Below, one piece after another: positions 1-11,610 of a stretch of 64,000 bases of DNA. Both the position numbers and the translations under genes were made by a program. Position 1 is the stretch's first letter. Every line of letters starts with the position of its first letter. The DNA is taken from the NCBI GenBank assembly GCA_028534125.1, contig CM052816.1, positions 24,244,001 to 24,308,000 on the forward strand, read 5' to 3'. The notes beneath the pieces are model-generated. The model worked only from the letters and a program-made list of their open reading frames with translations. It was not told where the DNA came from and ran no database searches. The DNA is from Lama glama (lineage: Eukaryota).

Positions 1-944
1 ACCCCATTTTCTAAGTAATGTTTCTCAAATACTATACCAAATTATGAAATCCATGTGCATTACACATTCTGCTCTCCATTATGGGCTAAATTTATAATTC
101 TGTAATTTTCTTGTAGGAAAAATGCTTATTAGACTGGAATGGTTAATTTGGTTTTAAGCCATACTGCTTTTTTGCTTATTGTGAACCATTAGACATTTAT
201 ATAATCTTTTATTTTACTTCATTCCCAACCCCCAGCAATAGCTCCTTAAGCAATAATTCCACTGCATCCCTTCCCTACACAGTCAGTTATCATCTATGCC
301 TATTTTGTAAGATGGGTATTTTATTTTACTGGCCCCTAATATTTCCAATTTTAAAATAACTCTCCATAGCTAAACCAAAAACAGCCAATGTCCTATTGTG
401 ATCATGGTATTTCCTCCTTCTTTTTCAGACAGGTTTACCTCCTCCCTATAAACCACGATACTGCACCTCTTCTCTGGAGTACTCTTGCCTTGCGTGGGAT
501 CTATGCTAGTCCTATGTGTTCTCTGTTGATATTCTTGTAATTGGATAAGGGTTCCCAATGGCAGCCTTATGGAACAAAAGACCAGTGAGGGGTGAGCTTT
601 ATCTGCATCTTGGGGGGAAGAAAGAAAGATGTCCTAGACATTCAGGAGATGAAAGTCAAAGTTTCTGAAAGACTAAGAAAGCCAGAGACAGGTTATTTGG
701 TACCAGCTACACATACGACAGTACCATCTTCCTGTTGTGAGTTCTAGGGAGTTTTCCCCTTGGGCTTTGCTGGGTGACTCTCCCAGTGTGATATCACAAG
801 TAAAATGCTGTATCACCTCATATCCAGGATTGATGGAGTTCCCTGAGCTAGAGTCAGAAGTCCTACTTCCATTCATAGACCTTCCCAGAGACAAAGGAAC
901 GAGTGATGTTTCCAAGTGGAAATGCCGTCGTGGAGGTAATGTGC

Positions 945-1455
945 CAGGAGGCCTGCACAAAACAAAAGACCCCAACCCAAACTGACCTACACAGCAAGGA
1001 AGTGTACTATCTCATGTGAGAAGTAGGGCAGGCAGTGGGATTGGTTAATTCAGTGGCTCAATACAGACTCCTTTCACCTCTCTGCCAGTGTTGTCCACAG
1101 GGACCATTTCACCTAAGACTGGATCCTTTCTTTTTTGCAAGACAGCTGCAGTCGTGGAGATGTCACTTGCAGGCATTACAGTATCTAAAGCACAGAAGAT
1201 GGATCCCCCTTCCAGGTTCTCCTTTTGAAGAATATGAAAACATTACAGAGAAAAATCTAAGAAGACCTGTCTTCTCATTGATGAGAACAGGATCACAAGC
1301 CCCATGTCTGTATCAGTCACTAGCAAGGGGCTCTCCATCACTGCTTGAGACAGGAAAGAAGTGAACTTGAACAAAATCAGGATTCTGTTAGTAAGAAGTA
1401 TGTGTGTGGAAGTGAGGGGGCAACAGATGCTACCAGGCAGTTGTAATTGTCTACT
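945..1455 (-). mobile_element. Degenerate MaLR LTR (MLT1K/L-like)
   Basis: Segments such as 'aaaagacccaacccaaactgacctacacagcaaggaa', 'cttctcattgatgagaacaggatcaca' and 'cttgaacaaaatcaggattctgttagtaagaag' resemble the antisense MLT1 consensus as I recall it; ends approximate. Confidence 0.65.
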
Positions 1456-1874
1456 AAATGTTGTGACTTGAAAAATAACAAATTCTTATGACTGCTGTGT
1501 AGTTGGTAGGTACACTGAACTGCTACACATTTCTGGATACAAAATGACAAGGCTAGGTTGACAAGGAGAGAAAAGCCACAATGCAGACTAATTAAGGACA
1601 GAGAACTGAGCCAAGATCAATAATTATTCTGATTAGAACCACAATAAGCCCTAATGAATCTGAACATACTAATTTATGTCTAGTTGTCCTTAGCAAGTAT
1701 ATGGTCTTTACTGAAAATAAAAAAGATTCATTTGCTTATTTCTCAATAATCCTCTTCTTTCTGATGTATTATTTTACAGTATAGGCCTATTTGAATGTAA
1801 AAATGTTTTATTAATTTTATTTACATTACATAGCATTAACAATAATGATAATTACTGATGATTGTAACCGGTCA

Positions 1875-1990
1875 TTATTTATTGAGCGCCCTTTTATAAA
1901 TTAGGAATTTAGCATCTAAGGAGACGCTAGTAATTTGCTTAGGTCACATGGTGGGCAGGCTAGGATTTAGACTCGGGTTCGTCTGTTTGT
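1875..1990 (-). mobile_element. MIR SINE fragment
   Basis: 'atttattgagcgcc...taatttgcttaggtcacatggtgggcaggctaggatttagactcgggttcgtctg' matches the antisense MIR core. Confidence 0.6.
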
Positions 1991-2049
1991 GTCCCTTCCC
2001 CGCTGTCCATGGCTTCCCCTTGCCTTGAAAGACAGTTTGAAGACGACTG

Positions 2050-2480
2050 TGGCCTGCCAGGCCTTAAGTGATCAGGCCCTGCCTGTCTCTGTGACCTCAT
2101 TACACCCTCCCGCCCTCACTCAGTTGTCCAACCGCACCAGCTTCCTTGTTGTTTGTCTAATAAGCCAGTCCCACTCCCAACTCTGACCCTTTGCATCTGC
2201 TGTCCCTCTGCTTGGATCACACATCTTCGGGTCATACGACTACCGGCTACCTCCTTTCCAATCAGGGTTCCTCTTACAGCCACCTCCCAGCACTCTCCCA
2301 TCTAATCTGTTTATGCCCCACACCCAGTTCTCTGTTTCTGCCCCATTTTTATTTCCATTATGGTACTTGCCACAATCTTATGTAATTTACTTATTTGTCT
2401 ACTTGTTTTTGTCTGTTCCCCTCACTAGAATATAAGCGCCATGATGGCAGAGACTCTGGCTGTATTTGTAAATAAATGAA
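2050..2480 (+). mobile_element. L2 LINE 3' end fragment
   Basis: 'ttatttgtctacttgtttttgtctgttcccctcactagaatataagcgccatgatggcagagac...aaataaatgaa' is the typical L2 3' terminus. Confidence 0.7.
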
Positions 2481-2500
2481 CAGTCAAGTGAATAAGTTAA

Positions 2501-2665
2501 ACAAGGTCCTACTGTATAGCATTGGGAACTATATTCAGTATCTTATAATAACCTGTAATGAAAAAGAATATGAGAAGGAATATGTATATACATTACTGAA
2601 TCACTATGCTGTGCACCAGACACTAACACACTGTAAAACAACTATACTTCAATTTAAAAAAAAAA
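2501..2665 (+). mobile_element. Young 5'-truncated L1 3' end (cetartiodactyl type) with poly(A) and TSD
   Basis: 'acaaggtcctactgtatagcattgggaactatattcagtatctt...actatacttcaattt(A)n'; flanked by tgaataagttaa (2489-2500) and tgaacaagttaa (2666-2677). Confidence 0.85.
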
Positions 2666-3632
2666 TGAACAAGTTAATGAAGGAATGAGTATTTAGAAGT
2701 TTTAACCTCCAATACTCCATAGTCAGTCTTTTATCTCCTACACTAGATATAAAGTAGGATAATGATTGTGATTGAGCTGAGTTCAGGCACCTACAATTTT
2801 TTCCTGTAAAATCTGAGAACTAACAAAACCTACTTTTCTTTCTTTCTCTGAAGGAAAGTAAGATGCAGATATCAAAGTTCTCTGGAGAAAAGACTGACAT
2901 ACTACAACAGTATTACATAAGAGTTCATAAGCTTGGTCCAAGAGGGAACTTGGAGTAATACTCTTTAGTTTTCATATTAATTATAGTTTTAAGGATGCCA
3001 ACTCCTTTCATTTTAGGGCATAAACCCTTAAAAAAAATGAAGGTATACATATAAGACTAAATTGTAAATTGGGTGAATTATAATTGCATGATAATTTGAA
3101 GAGGCAAAATCACTTAAAATTGTCTTCTCCACTTACACATAATTTTTCACTTGAACTCATGTATCTACTAAAATGATTTATTCTTAGAACCATGTTATTA
3201 ATTATTCTGAGGTAATTATGAAGGTGCAAATTAAAGAATAGCTTTACTTCACATATTCATTTGGAGAGGGTTGACAAAAATGAAAAACAGTGCCTTCCTC
3301 CAAAGTTCCTTTTCTTTGGCTTTCAGCTCAGGACCATGAAAGTATGTGCTTTCATGTTTTTTCTTTCCCTGTTACTGTGTGGGTTGACATATCATTTGCT
3401 AAATACATTATAAGCCATTATTTTTTGAGGTTTGCAGTGTGACTTTATCACTCAGCAAATTAAATCATCAATTCAACTTTGCCAAGATCGTCATGTTTCT
3501 TTCCTACTTGCTCATCTTCCCCAGACCTTTATTCAGGTGACCTCGGGAACTACAGTGTCTCACTCTGTGCCCAGTATCAGTCTGAATCCACCTGATGGTA
3601 TTTTCTGCTTTCTCGTGTTCCCACTACCACAG

Positions 3633-3720
3633 AAACTTGTTAAGAATTGCTTACTATGAAATATACTTCTCAGCTAAACTCACCATATCAGATTTCCAAA
3701 AAGCAGATCTCAGTTTTATG
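3633..3720 (+). CDS. Candidate penultimate coding exon (88 nt) of an unidentified gene: (x)NLLRIAYYEIYFSAKLTISDFQKADLSFM
   Basis: Pyrimidine tract plus 'ccacag' acceptor ending at 3632; strong donor ATG|GTGAGT at 3720/3721; open frame ends in phase 0, compatible with the next exon. Protein not recognised. Confidence 0.5.
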
Positions 3721-4148
3721 GTGAGTAGAATACATCTCTATTTAAGAGTAATTTTTAGTCTAGTTCTTCCAGATTGTGTTTATGTTTTGTATCAGATAGA
3801 AATTTGAAAAAAAAAAACTGCAGGGAGGAGAAAGGGAAGAGGATGTTTTGATGCTGTTCACATTGTACTTTCTTCATGTGTATCCTGGAGGGGATGCCTT
3901 TTCTTCCTCACTTTATAACCTGGATAGATTTGGGTGTGTGATTGGTTGGGTAAGAGGCCATCAGGATCCAGGTGACAGTGAGATAAGTAATTAAGTGCTG
4001 GGTCAAAGTCTCATTATTATTGAAGTTAGACAGGTGCATGGTCTATGTGAGCTCTTGAGAGCCTCCTTTGATAGGGTAGTTTCCATATACAGTAAGTTGG
4101 ACCTTTTATGGTGCAACAAAGCCTTTCTTGCTTCTTTTGCTTTCTCAG

Positions 4149-4190
4149 CTGTGTGGTGGAAAACAGCAGGAGGTTACAGAAAATGTATAG
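4149..4190 (+). CDS. Candidate last coding exon: LCGGKQQEVTENV*
   Basis: Very strong acceptor 'cctttcttgcttcttttgctttctcag' ending at 4148; continues the frame of 3633-3720 to TAG at 4188-4190. Confidence 0.5.
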   Translation: MCGGKQQEVTENV

Positions 4191-5240
4191 TAAAAGCAGC
4201 AGCAATGAGAAAGAATCCATAATGGGTACACACACATGGCTGGAATATTTCCCAAGGATTTGAGGGGTGGCAGTGAGACTTCTTTGGCAAGGGCAAAGTA
4301 GAACATGTGCTTTTCCATGTGTGAAAGCTGTGCTTTGAAAGGTCCTTTATGATTCACAGAAGCAGCTGCTTTTGAGCTGGTATAGCCACAGAGTTTGGGA
4401 AATTCACTTAAATAGGTGTATTGCAGACTCCTGACATCTGTTTTGGAGATTTGGTTGAGTGTTGGGACTTTGCTTATTCACAAGTGACATGTAACAAGTA
4501 TTCCTCATTAGAGTGCTGGATCCTTTGTCATTTCTTTAGGGTTTGTGGATCAAAGCTAACAAGAAAATACTTAAAATTTTGAACAGTCATTTGCTATGTT
4601 ACATACACACATACATAAATTTGCAATGAGGGCTTTCTTCTTAATTTATAAAACTGCATGTGGCAGTTTTATTTTGCCTAGCAAATCAACTTTCCTGAGT
4701 TACTTTCAGATATATTTTGTTATATTGTAAGGCTTTCTTGCTCAGTATTTGTAATCTTATTGTGCATTGTTTTTTTGCTGAGCTTTCCTTTTACCTAACA
4801 AATCCTGTGGCTCTATTTGTACACTTCTCTTGCATTTCTGAGTATTAGTTTTTGTCTACTCTATTATCATCATTAATAAGTTATTTTCACTTTTCGAAGA
4901 ATTCCAAACCTGAATAATACCAGCAGTGTTGTTTCAACAAGAGTCATGTGTGTCCAGTTCTTCAAACAAGATAAGTAACTAGGACATGATCCTTTTCCTT
5001 TCTGTTTATTTAGTTTTCAATTTATTAGATATTGATATAATGTAGCATTTTCACAGGTTGGTTTTTTTTTTAAGGTGAAGGCTTTGTTTTTAATGGGTTA
5101 CAACTATTATTATGCTTCTAAATGACAGAGCAAAATGAGATTACAACAAAATAAGATTAATGTGGATATCCTGAGTTGGAAGTCTTTTGAAACGTTTCAC
5201 AGCTACACTTTGTGCTAAATATAAAAATAATTGTGTTTCC
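4191..5240 (+). other. Putative 3' UTR of the + strand gene
   Basis: About 1 kb of U-rich unique sequence with no recognised repeat after the candidate stop. An A-rich 'aaatataaaaataa' followed by GT-rich 'ttgtgtttcccatgtgtg' lies near 5217-5248, but there is no canonical AATAAA. Confidence 0.3.
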
Positions 5241-8200
5241 CATGTGTGAGCATCAAAAGGCCCAGTTGGAAAGTCACATGGTATAGCAAGTAGGTCACTA
5301 TTGATGGTAGGACATGAGACAGGAAATGTCACAGCTAAGATCAGAGACCTAAGCAGTATGTCTCGCCATGCTTACTGCACTGTTCATTCTAGGAAGTGGA
5401 AGAACTCAACAGGGTATAACTAACTTTAGCCCAATTTGAAAGTGTTAGCAAGGATAGCCTTTTAATCTGTCATTTCTGTTTGTTTCTAGAGAACTCACTT
5501 ACCCATTTGGGCAAAATAATTGAACTGCTTGGGTTTGCACATTAGCAGACCTCTGAATACCAGTTAAAATGGTAGCCCTCACCTAGGAGTATAAATGTGA
5601 AGTAACAATCAGCTGTATATAGTTATAGCTATAGATTTACCTGTTGTTTGAGATTCCTAACAAGGAATAAGCAGCCAGTTAAAAATGAATTCTCTTAAAA
5701 TCTCATTTATCTTCCTATTTGAAGGTGAGGTCGTATAGGGATATGGGTGGAAGTACACGTTAACGGAATCCAGCTACTTTTTACTTTTATTTTGGGGGTA
5801 ATAGGAGGAAGTTTTAAGATTTATATGTAGGAATGTTCACCACAGAAGGCACCTAGTTTGCATATTCTAATTTTTACCCAAAGACTAGGAAAAGAAGCAG
5901 TGCTCTCCTGCATCTGCCCCAGTGAGAGGTACTACCTTATATTGTAGGGGGCAGACCAAGATGGAGCCTTGGATTCTGAGAGAAGCCATCCCTTCATGCT
6001 CGATTAAGCAGCTGAACACAAGCCCAGAGAGCCAGCAGTTATTTGGATGAGCAGACGGAGGCATGCCGAGATGATTGAATTTGAATCTGTCTTTAGAGCA
6101 CCGAGTATTCGTTCACTTCCAGCACAGAGTCCTTCACAGGAGTACCCTGGCTTCTGTGTTCAAGGTACTCTGCGTCCACAGTTTCATTGCTTGAACCTCA
6201 GAGGCCTTCCTTGGCTCACGTTTTCAAAGGTCGTTAATGCAGATTATAACACTCTACTTTGAACTCAGATTATTTCACGCAGGTTGTAACTTTCAAGAGG
6301 TGAGGTGAACGGTGTGGAGGCTCGATGGAAACCAGATTTTGACAGTGTTTTTAGTCTTTATTCCTTCGCCAGCTTAAACACAGAGCCTAGATTTTTATTC
6401 CCGATCCAGGTATAGTACGTTGGAAAGGGGTTAGAAGCACAGCTCTCACAGACATCCCTCTGAAATGAAAATTCTGGGACTGGTTTCCAGCTGGCAGGAA
6501 AAGATCTGCTGGCTTCTGATCGAAGCAAACACAAGTGATGTGGCAATTGGGTCTGGTCGTGCCACTGTGTGTGCCGGGTTCTGGCCCATGATGAAGTAAG
6601 CGGGTTATGAGCTATAAAATTTGCTCGTTTTCTAGGCCTCTGTCAGAGAATGTCAGTTGACAGGGGTTGGTGGGAACATCCTCAAAAATATTTAGGAGTG
6701 CCTGAAATAGATTTTTACTTTGAAAATCTTTTAAAAGTCCTTTTTCTAGTTTCAAAAATGAATAGCAAATATTTAAATCTCTTTATGCCTTGTAGAACTC
6801 CTTACCACCTTATGAAATTGGTTATCTAACTTTAGTTACTACTATGAGATTTCTCTTTGATGCCAACGCAAATGACCAGATGGCCAGGTCCCCCATTCTG
6901 CTTTGACCCTAGTCAGAACCGTGAGCCTGGGTCTGGCTCTGCCTCTGACTAGAGGTGGATGTAGAGTAAGTTACCAGACTCCTTTCGGAGCCTTATGTCC
7001 CTGCTCTAGGAAAGGAACAGAAAAATGGATCATTTTTTTGGACTTGTTCTAGTGTTGATACTATATGATTCTACTCATCTTTCAAGCCTGTTTATTTTTC
7101 TTTTCTGTAGGGAGAAAGATAAAATTTTCTTGTCTGCAACCTCTAATTGTAAGGGCAATGCTCACCAGCTTACTGGTTGGCTGAGTTCCTATTCGGGCTG
7201 TTTCTTTTACCTGTGTCATACAGAAGAGCTCAAGTACAATTTGTCTGATCACAAGAGAGTTTAACTAGTAGGTTTCATACTTTAACCGCAAGAAGGGCAT
7301 TAAATTAGGGCCAGGGGATGGGGTGGTTGGGATTGGTGGGGTACAGAGGGTCTAGTTTCATGGGAAAACAGAGGGAATCCAGTATGCAAACATGTAACAG
7401 GAACCCAGTCAGGATTCATGCAGTTAATAACCTCTGTCCCTTCACATAGGAAATACAACACCAGTGCTCATAAACCTGTGTACAAGGAAGTAGCACAAGT
7501 AAAAGCTTGGTTTATAAGAACCATCTTGTCACTTTCTAAAAGGCTTACTGAAAAGGGTATTATAATTTTAACTGAGATATAAATAACCCTTTATTAGCTT
7601 AGGTTTTCTGATAATAGATAATGTTGGTGGCATCTCTAAAACACAGAAAACAACCTAGATTGTATTATTTTTCTTGTTGTCTTTCTTTTTGTTAACAAAC
7701 TTTCCTTCCAAAGAAAGAAAGACTGAATGGCCCCTATAGTCTCTACACTACCCTGTCCTCAAATACGGTCACAGCCGTTCAAGGTTAATTTTCTAAGAGT
7801 GACTTACACTTAGCTTTTGTGAAGAACCCTCTGGTTATGAGTGGTTAACCTCTGAAAGGAATTAGAGGCTTTGGAATCTCCTTCTTGGGAGTTCTCAAGG
7901 GACAGAAGAGAAGCTAATTTTCATGGAGGAAATTTGACTGGACCACATTCCAAAGATCATCTTTTGGTCCCGTCTTTCTTTATTTTAAAACCTACCTATG
8001 TTCTTGTAAGTCAGTGCCTTAAGAGATTTTACTTAAGGGTAACCAGATCTCACCGCTGTACAGATAATTTCTCCTAGATGTTTATGTCTGTCCTTTCAGA
8101 CTCTTGAAATAGGCTCGGGCTGCTGAACTGGGTTGTCTGGCCCGCTGCCTGGGAGATGACTGTTACCACTAGCTGCTGTGAGCACACTAGACTTCCTGAG

Positions 8201-10630
8201 CTCCTGCCCGTTAGCATGGCAAATGTAGAAAACCATCTTCAAAGAAAATAATCCAGGTGATAAAAGTCTCTAAATTTAGAAGACTTTTCCCCTCCACATA
8301 ATAGAATACAATTTGTTTCTTCTTCCCACATAAAATCGAGCTGTCCAGAACCACTGTGAATACACATGACCCCGTCACATCCCTCCCACCTGCACCTGTC
8401 AAGGCTTCCAAGGAAAACTTGCGTGTGCTGAATAATTTTGCTTTGAGACACATTACAATCACATGTTTTAATGTTTGTGGAACAAACTGTGGACTGGAAG
8501 CACTGTGGAATGAAAACTGCCAGTCCATTTGAGGGGTATGTGAAAGTAGGCTACTGGGGAAAACAGAGACTTGCCAACCTTACCTAGTTCTTCTGGATGG
8601 ATTCAACCAAGCTCTCTGCTAGGTGACAGAAGGAGAAAATGTACCCAGGTAACCTGCCTTTATTCCTCACTCAGTGGACTTACAGAAGGAGAGTTTCTCC
8701 AGAGTGATCAGAAAACAAAAGTTTGGGGATTATCTAGGAGTTCTTTGAGCAGTCAAACAATGATAGACCTTTCTAGCAGAACATCCATTAAATTTTAATT
8801 TTTGAGTTGGAAATGGCACTGAAGATTATCTAGATAAGGGTTTAGAAAGTAAAGTTTCCAAGAAAATCCACTGGGGCATGGGGAAAAAATACTAGAACTT
8901 CTATTCATTTTTTTTATATTCCAAAAATAGGAAAAAATGCATTTTGCTAATACACAGTATATGAATTTATATATGAACTTTCCCTTGTTCTTTAGATCAG
9001 ATGGCTCTATTCTACAGGAGAAATAAGCTTCCCTCAACATGCAGAGGTGGACCCTGGTCCTCTCACTTATCTATAGCTTGTTGCATTCTATTTTCTGTGT
9101 CCCATTAAGTTACTTTGCAGAATATTGTTAGTTTCTATTAAACTAGCCTTCAACAACAACAGCAGCAACAAAAAAACAGGCCAAGTAGCTTAGAAAGATT
9201 CTGGCAGAAACAAAAACAAAGTATGGGTTGAAGATATCACCAATTGTGCAAGCCAGCACAAGGGAACAAAATGAAAATGGAGCAGACGACACTTCATTCT
9301 AGGACAAGCTCTTCATGAGCCTCATTATGACTTAAAAACTAATTGTAACAGTACAATCAGTTCTGATCAGAAGTCAGCCCTCATCTCAAAACTATGGAGA
9401 CAGATAACTGAAATATGGACTTACATCTACCCTCATTAAGAATGAACACTTTAGAAGGTGTATACTTTGCCTTGAGAAATTTCCTAATGATAATATGAAG
9501 GTACTATGATTCGAAAAAATGGAGAATAACCTCTGCAACTTTTTTAAACCAATGTTTGAATTCACCTACAAAGCTTTATAAATGGTGTTTTTGAACCCTT
9601 TTTGACTTTTTTTTTACTTGTACCCCAAAGTAAAATCCACATATCTTTAGAAAACACTTGTTCTTCCTCCTAATATAAGACTAGATAAGATTCATTGAAA
9701 ACAATCTATCTAAAATGAGTTTCATTGCCAGAAAATGCTGTTGAAAGTATAATTGAAGATATTTCTGAATATTTGAAGAAACAAATACTGTATTAAAACA
9801 AGTTATAGGGGGAAGACAGATTCTATATTGGTAAGATGTTAGATCAAACCTATTGTATTTGTTCATTTCTCTTTCAACAATGAAATATACTAAGTGCTTC
9901 TTTTTGGTGAACCACCACTAGATGAGATTTATTCACAATCTTTATAAAACTGTTTTATGGAAAAAACTGAGTAGTGTTTCGTCTTAAGCAGCAGCTGTTC
10001 CTTAGAGAAGGATTCCAAGGTAAGGTTACAGGAGATAAATTCATTCACTGCATCATTCATAAGCAAGCTAGTACAGCCAAGTTGTCAAAGCCAGAGAAAT
10101 GCAAAATGCTGCAGGATGCTACTCTGTAGCTACTTTTATAAAAACAAGCCTTTAATATACAGTAGAGTAGGACATTTTGTGTTAGGTTGAGAAGGGACCA
10201 TGAAAATCTTTTGTACCTCACAGAGGTTTGCTGGTTATCTTGTTGAAAAATACTTGAGTTGTCAAACTTACAGATAAGTTACACTCATTTTTCTTTTTAT
10301 AAAAAGGAAATGGCTTCTTATTTTGCTAATCACTTACATGATAATAAGCAACTTCAGGAGTGTGCTACCTAGAAGTCATTTAATATATATATAAAATTAA
10401 TTTGTCCTTTCAAAATAAAAGTGTCATTTCAATACAGAGTAAGAAAATAACTGAATTTTAAAGAACTCTTAGTACAGAGAGAACTTTCTGAAAACAATGT
10501 GTGGAAATGTTTATGTCGTATGTGCTTTTATTGCTGACAACTATGACAGTCATTAAAACCCTGCTATGTAAAATAAATTGAACTTAAAACTAGACCTTCA
10601 GATTGACATATAACAAATAATTAAATCCAG

Positions 10631-11135
10631 GGGGCAGGCCTCTGAGTGACAGCGATACAAGATAGAAGCCAACATGAGCTTGGACAATTTATGAAAACCA
10701 AATATACAACCTTAAAATAGAATGTGGACCCAAATACCTGGAAACACCCCCCCCTTTGTAAGATTTGTAACAAAAATTAGTATGAATAGAGGTAATAGTT
10801 CTAATGGAGTGGTGGACCCAAGAGCCAGATCAGTGCTAGCAAAATGGCAGAATTCATACAGCATCAAAGTTGTCCTGCAAGAGCTTCAGCGCCTACTGAT
10901 GTCTAAAGAAAATATGAAACTCCCTCAGCCACCTGAAGGACAGTGTTACAGCAGTCAATCAAAAAGAAAAACCACAGGCCCTCCTCTACCCGCTATTCAG
11001 TTGAAGCAGTCTTCATTTCCCACAGACCTGAAAGTACTGGAAAGGAAGATCCCATTCAAAGGCAATTTATCTTAAGATACTGTAAATGATACTTATTTTT
11101 CATCCATTTGAAAAACTTAAGTTGTGCTATAAAAA
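10631..11135 (+). pseudogene. UBE2V1: Processed pseudogene of ubiquitin-conjugating enzyme E2 variant 1 (UEV1A)
   Basis: Translates to [23 protein letters not shown] / [66 protein letters not shown], the UBE2V1 C-terminal part. Intronless across the junction at 10811/10812. Lesions: start ATG>ATA (10662), +2 frameshift in the C8 run 10747-10754, stop TAA>CAA (10956). 3'UTR-like tail, A-rich end, and degenerate TSD aataattaaatccag (10616-10630) / aataaataaatctag (11137-11151). Confidence 0.95.
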
Positions 11136-11431
11136 TAATAAATAAATCTAGATTTTCAAACATGAAGCATATTCAGTCACACTGCTCCTGATAAAATAAT
11201 GATCATTAAATATTAAGATGAAAAGGGTTTGTACTCTTAAATATAAGAAGATAAATATTTCAAGTATTGTTTATTTCATATTTACCTTGTGTATTTGTCA
11301 TTTTGATGTTTGTTTTATAATGTACCTAGTATGGTACATGTGTACATATCTAGTACACAAGCGTGGTGTGCATACTCAAAAGCTTTTTAGTGTTGGGATT
11401 CACAATTCAGGAATTTTGGAGACTACTGCTT

Positions 11432-11610
11432 AGACTAAAGATTTTTAAACTTTTGGGGGCAGGAAACAGAAAGTCTTTGAAACAATAAAAGATAGATACC
11501 CTCTTCTCGGAAAAATTTTACACACATTCCACCAAATAAAATTTTGCCCAGATTTTAAGGGCAATCACATGTCCACTGATGGCTCTTGTCATGGACTCCA
11601 TTCAATTTCC
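11432..11610. mobile_element. Possible old hAT-type DNA transposon remnant
   Basis: 'ctcttctcggaaaaattttacacacatt...aattttgcccagattttaagggc' resembles 32290-32400 and old hAT MITEs; family uncertain. Confidence 0.35.

Noticed and set aside
400..550. + strand acceptor 'cctccttctttttcag' at about 428 as another coding exon
   Set aside because: No convincing donor follows and the peptide is unrecognised.
10722..11075. Functional UBE2V1 gene
   Set aside because: Intronless, start codon mutated, frameshifted, stop lost, N-terminal exon absent, TSD-flanked.
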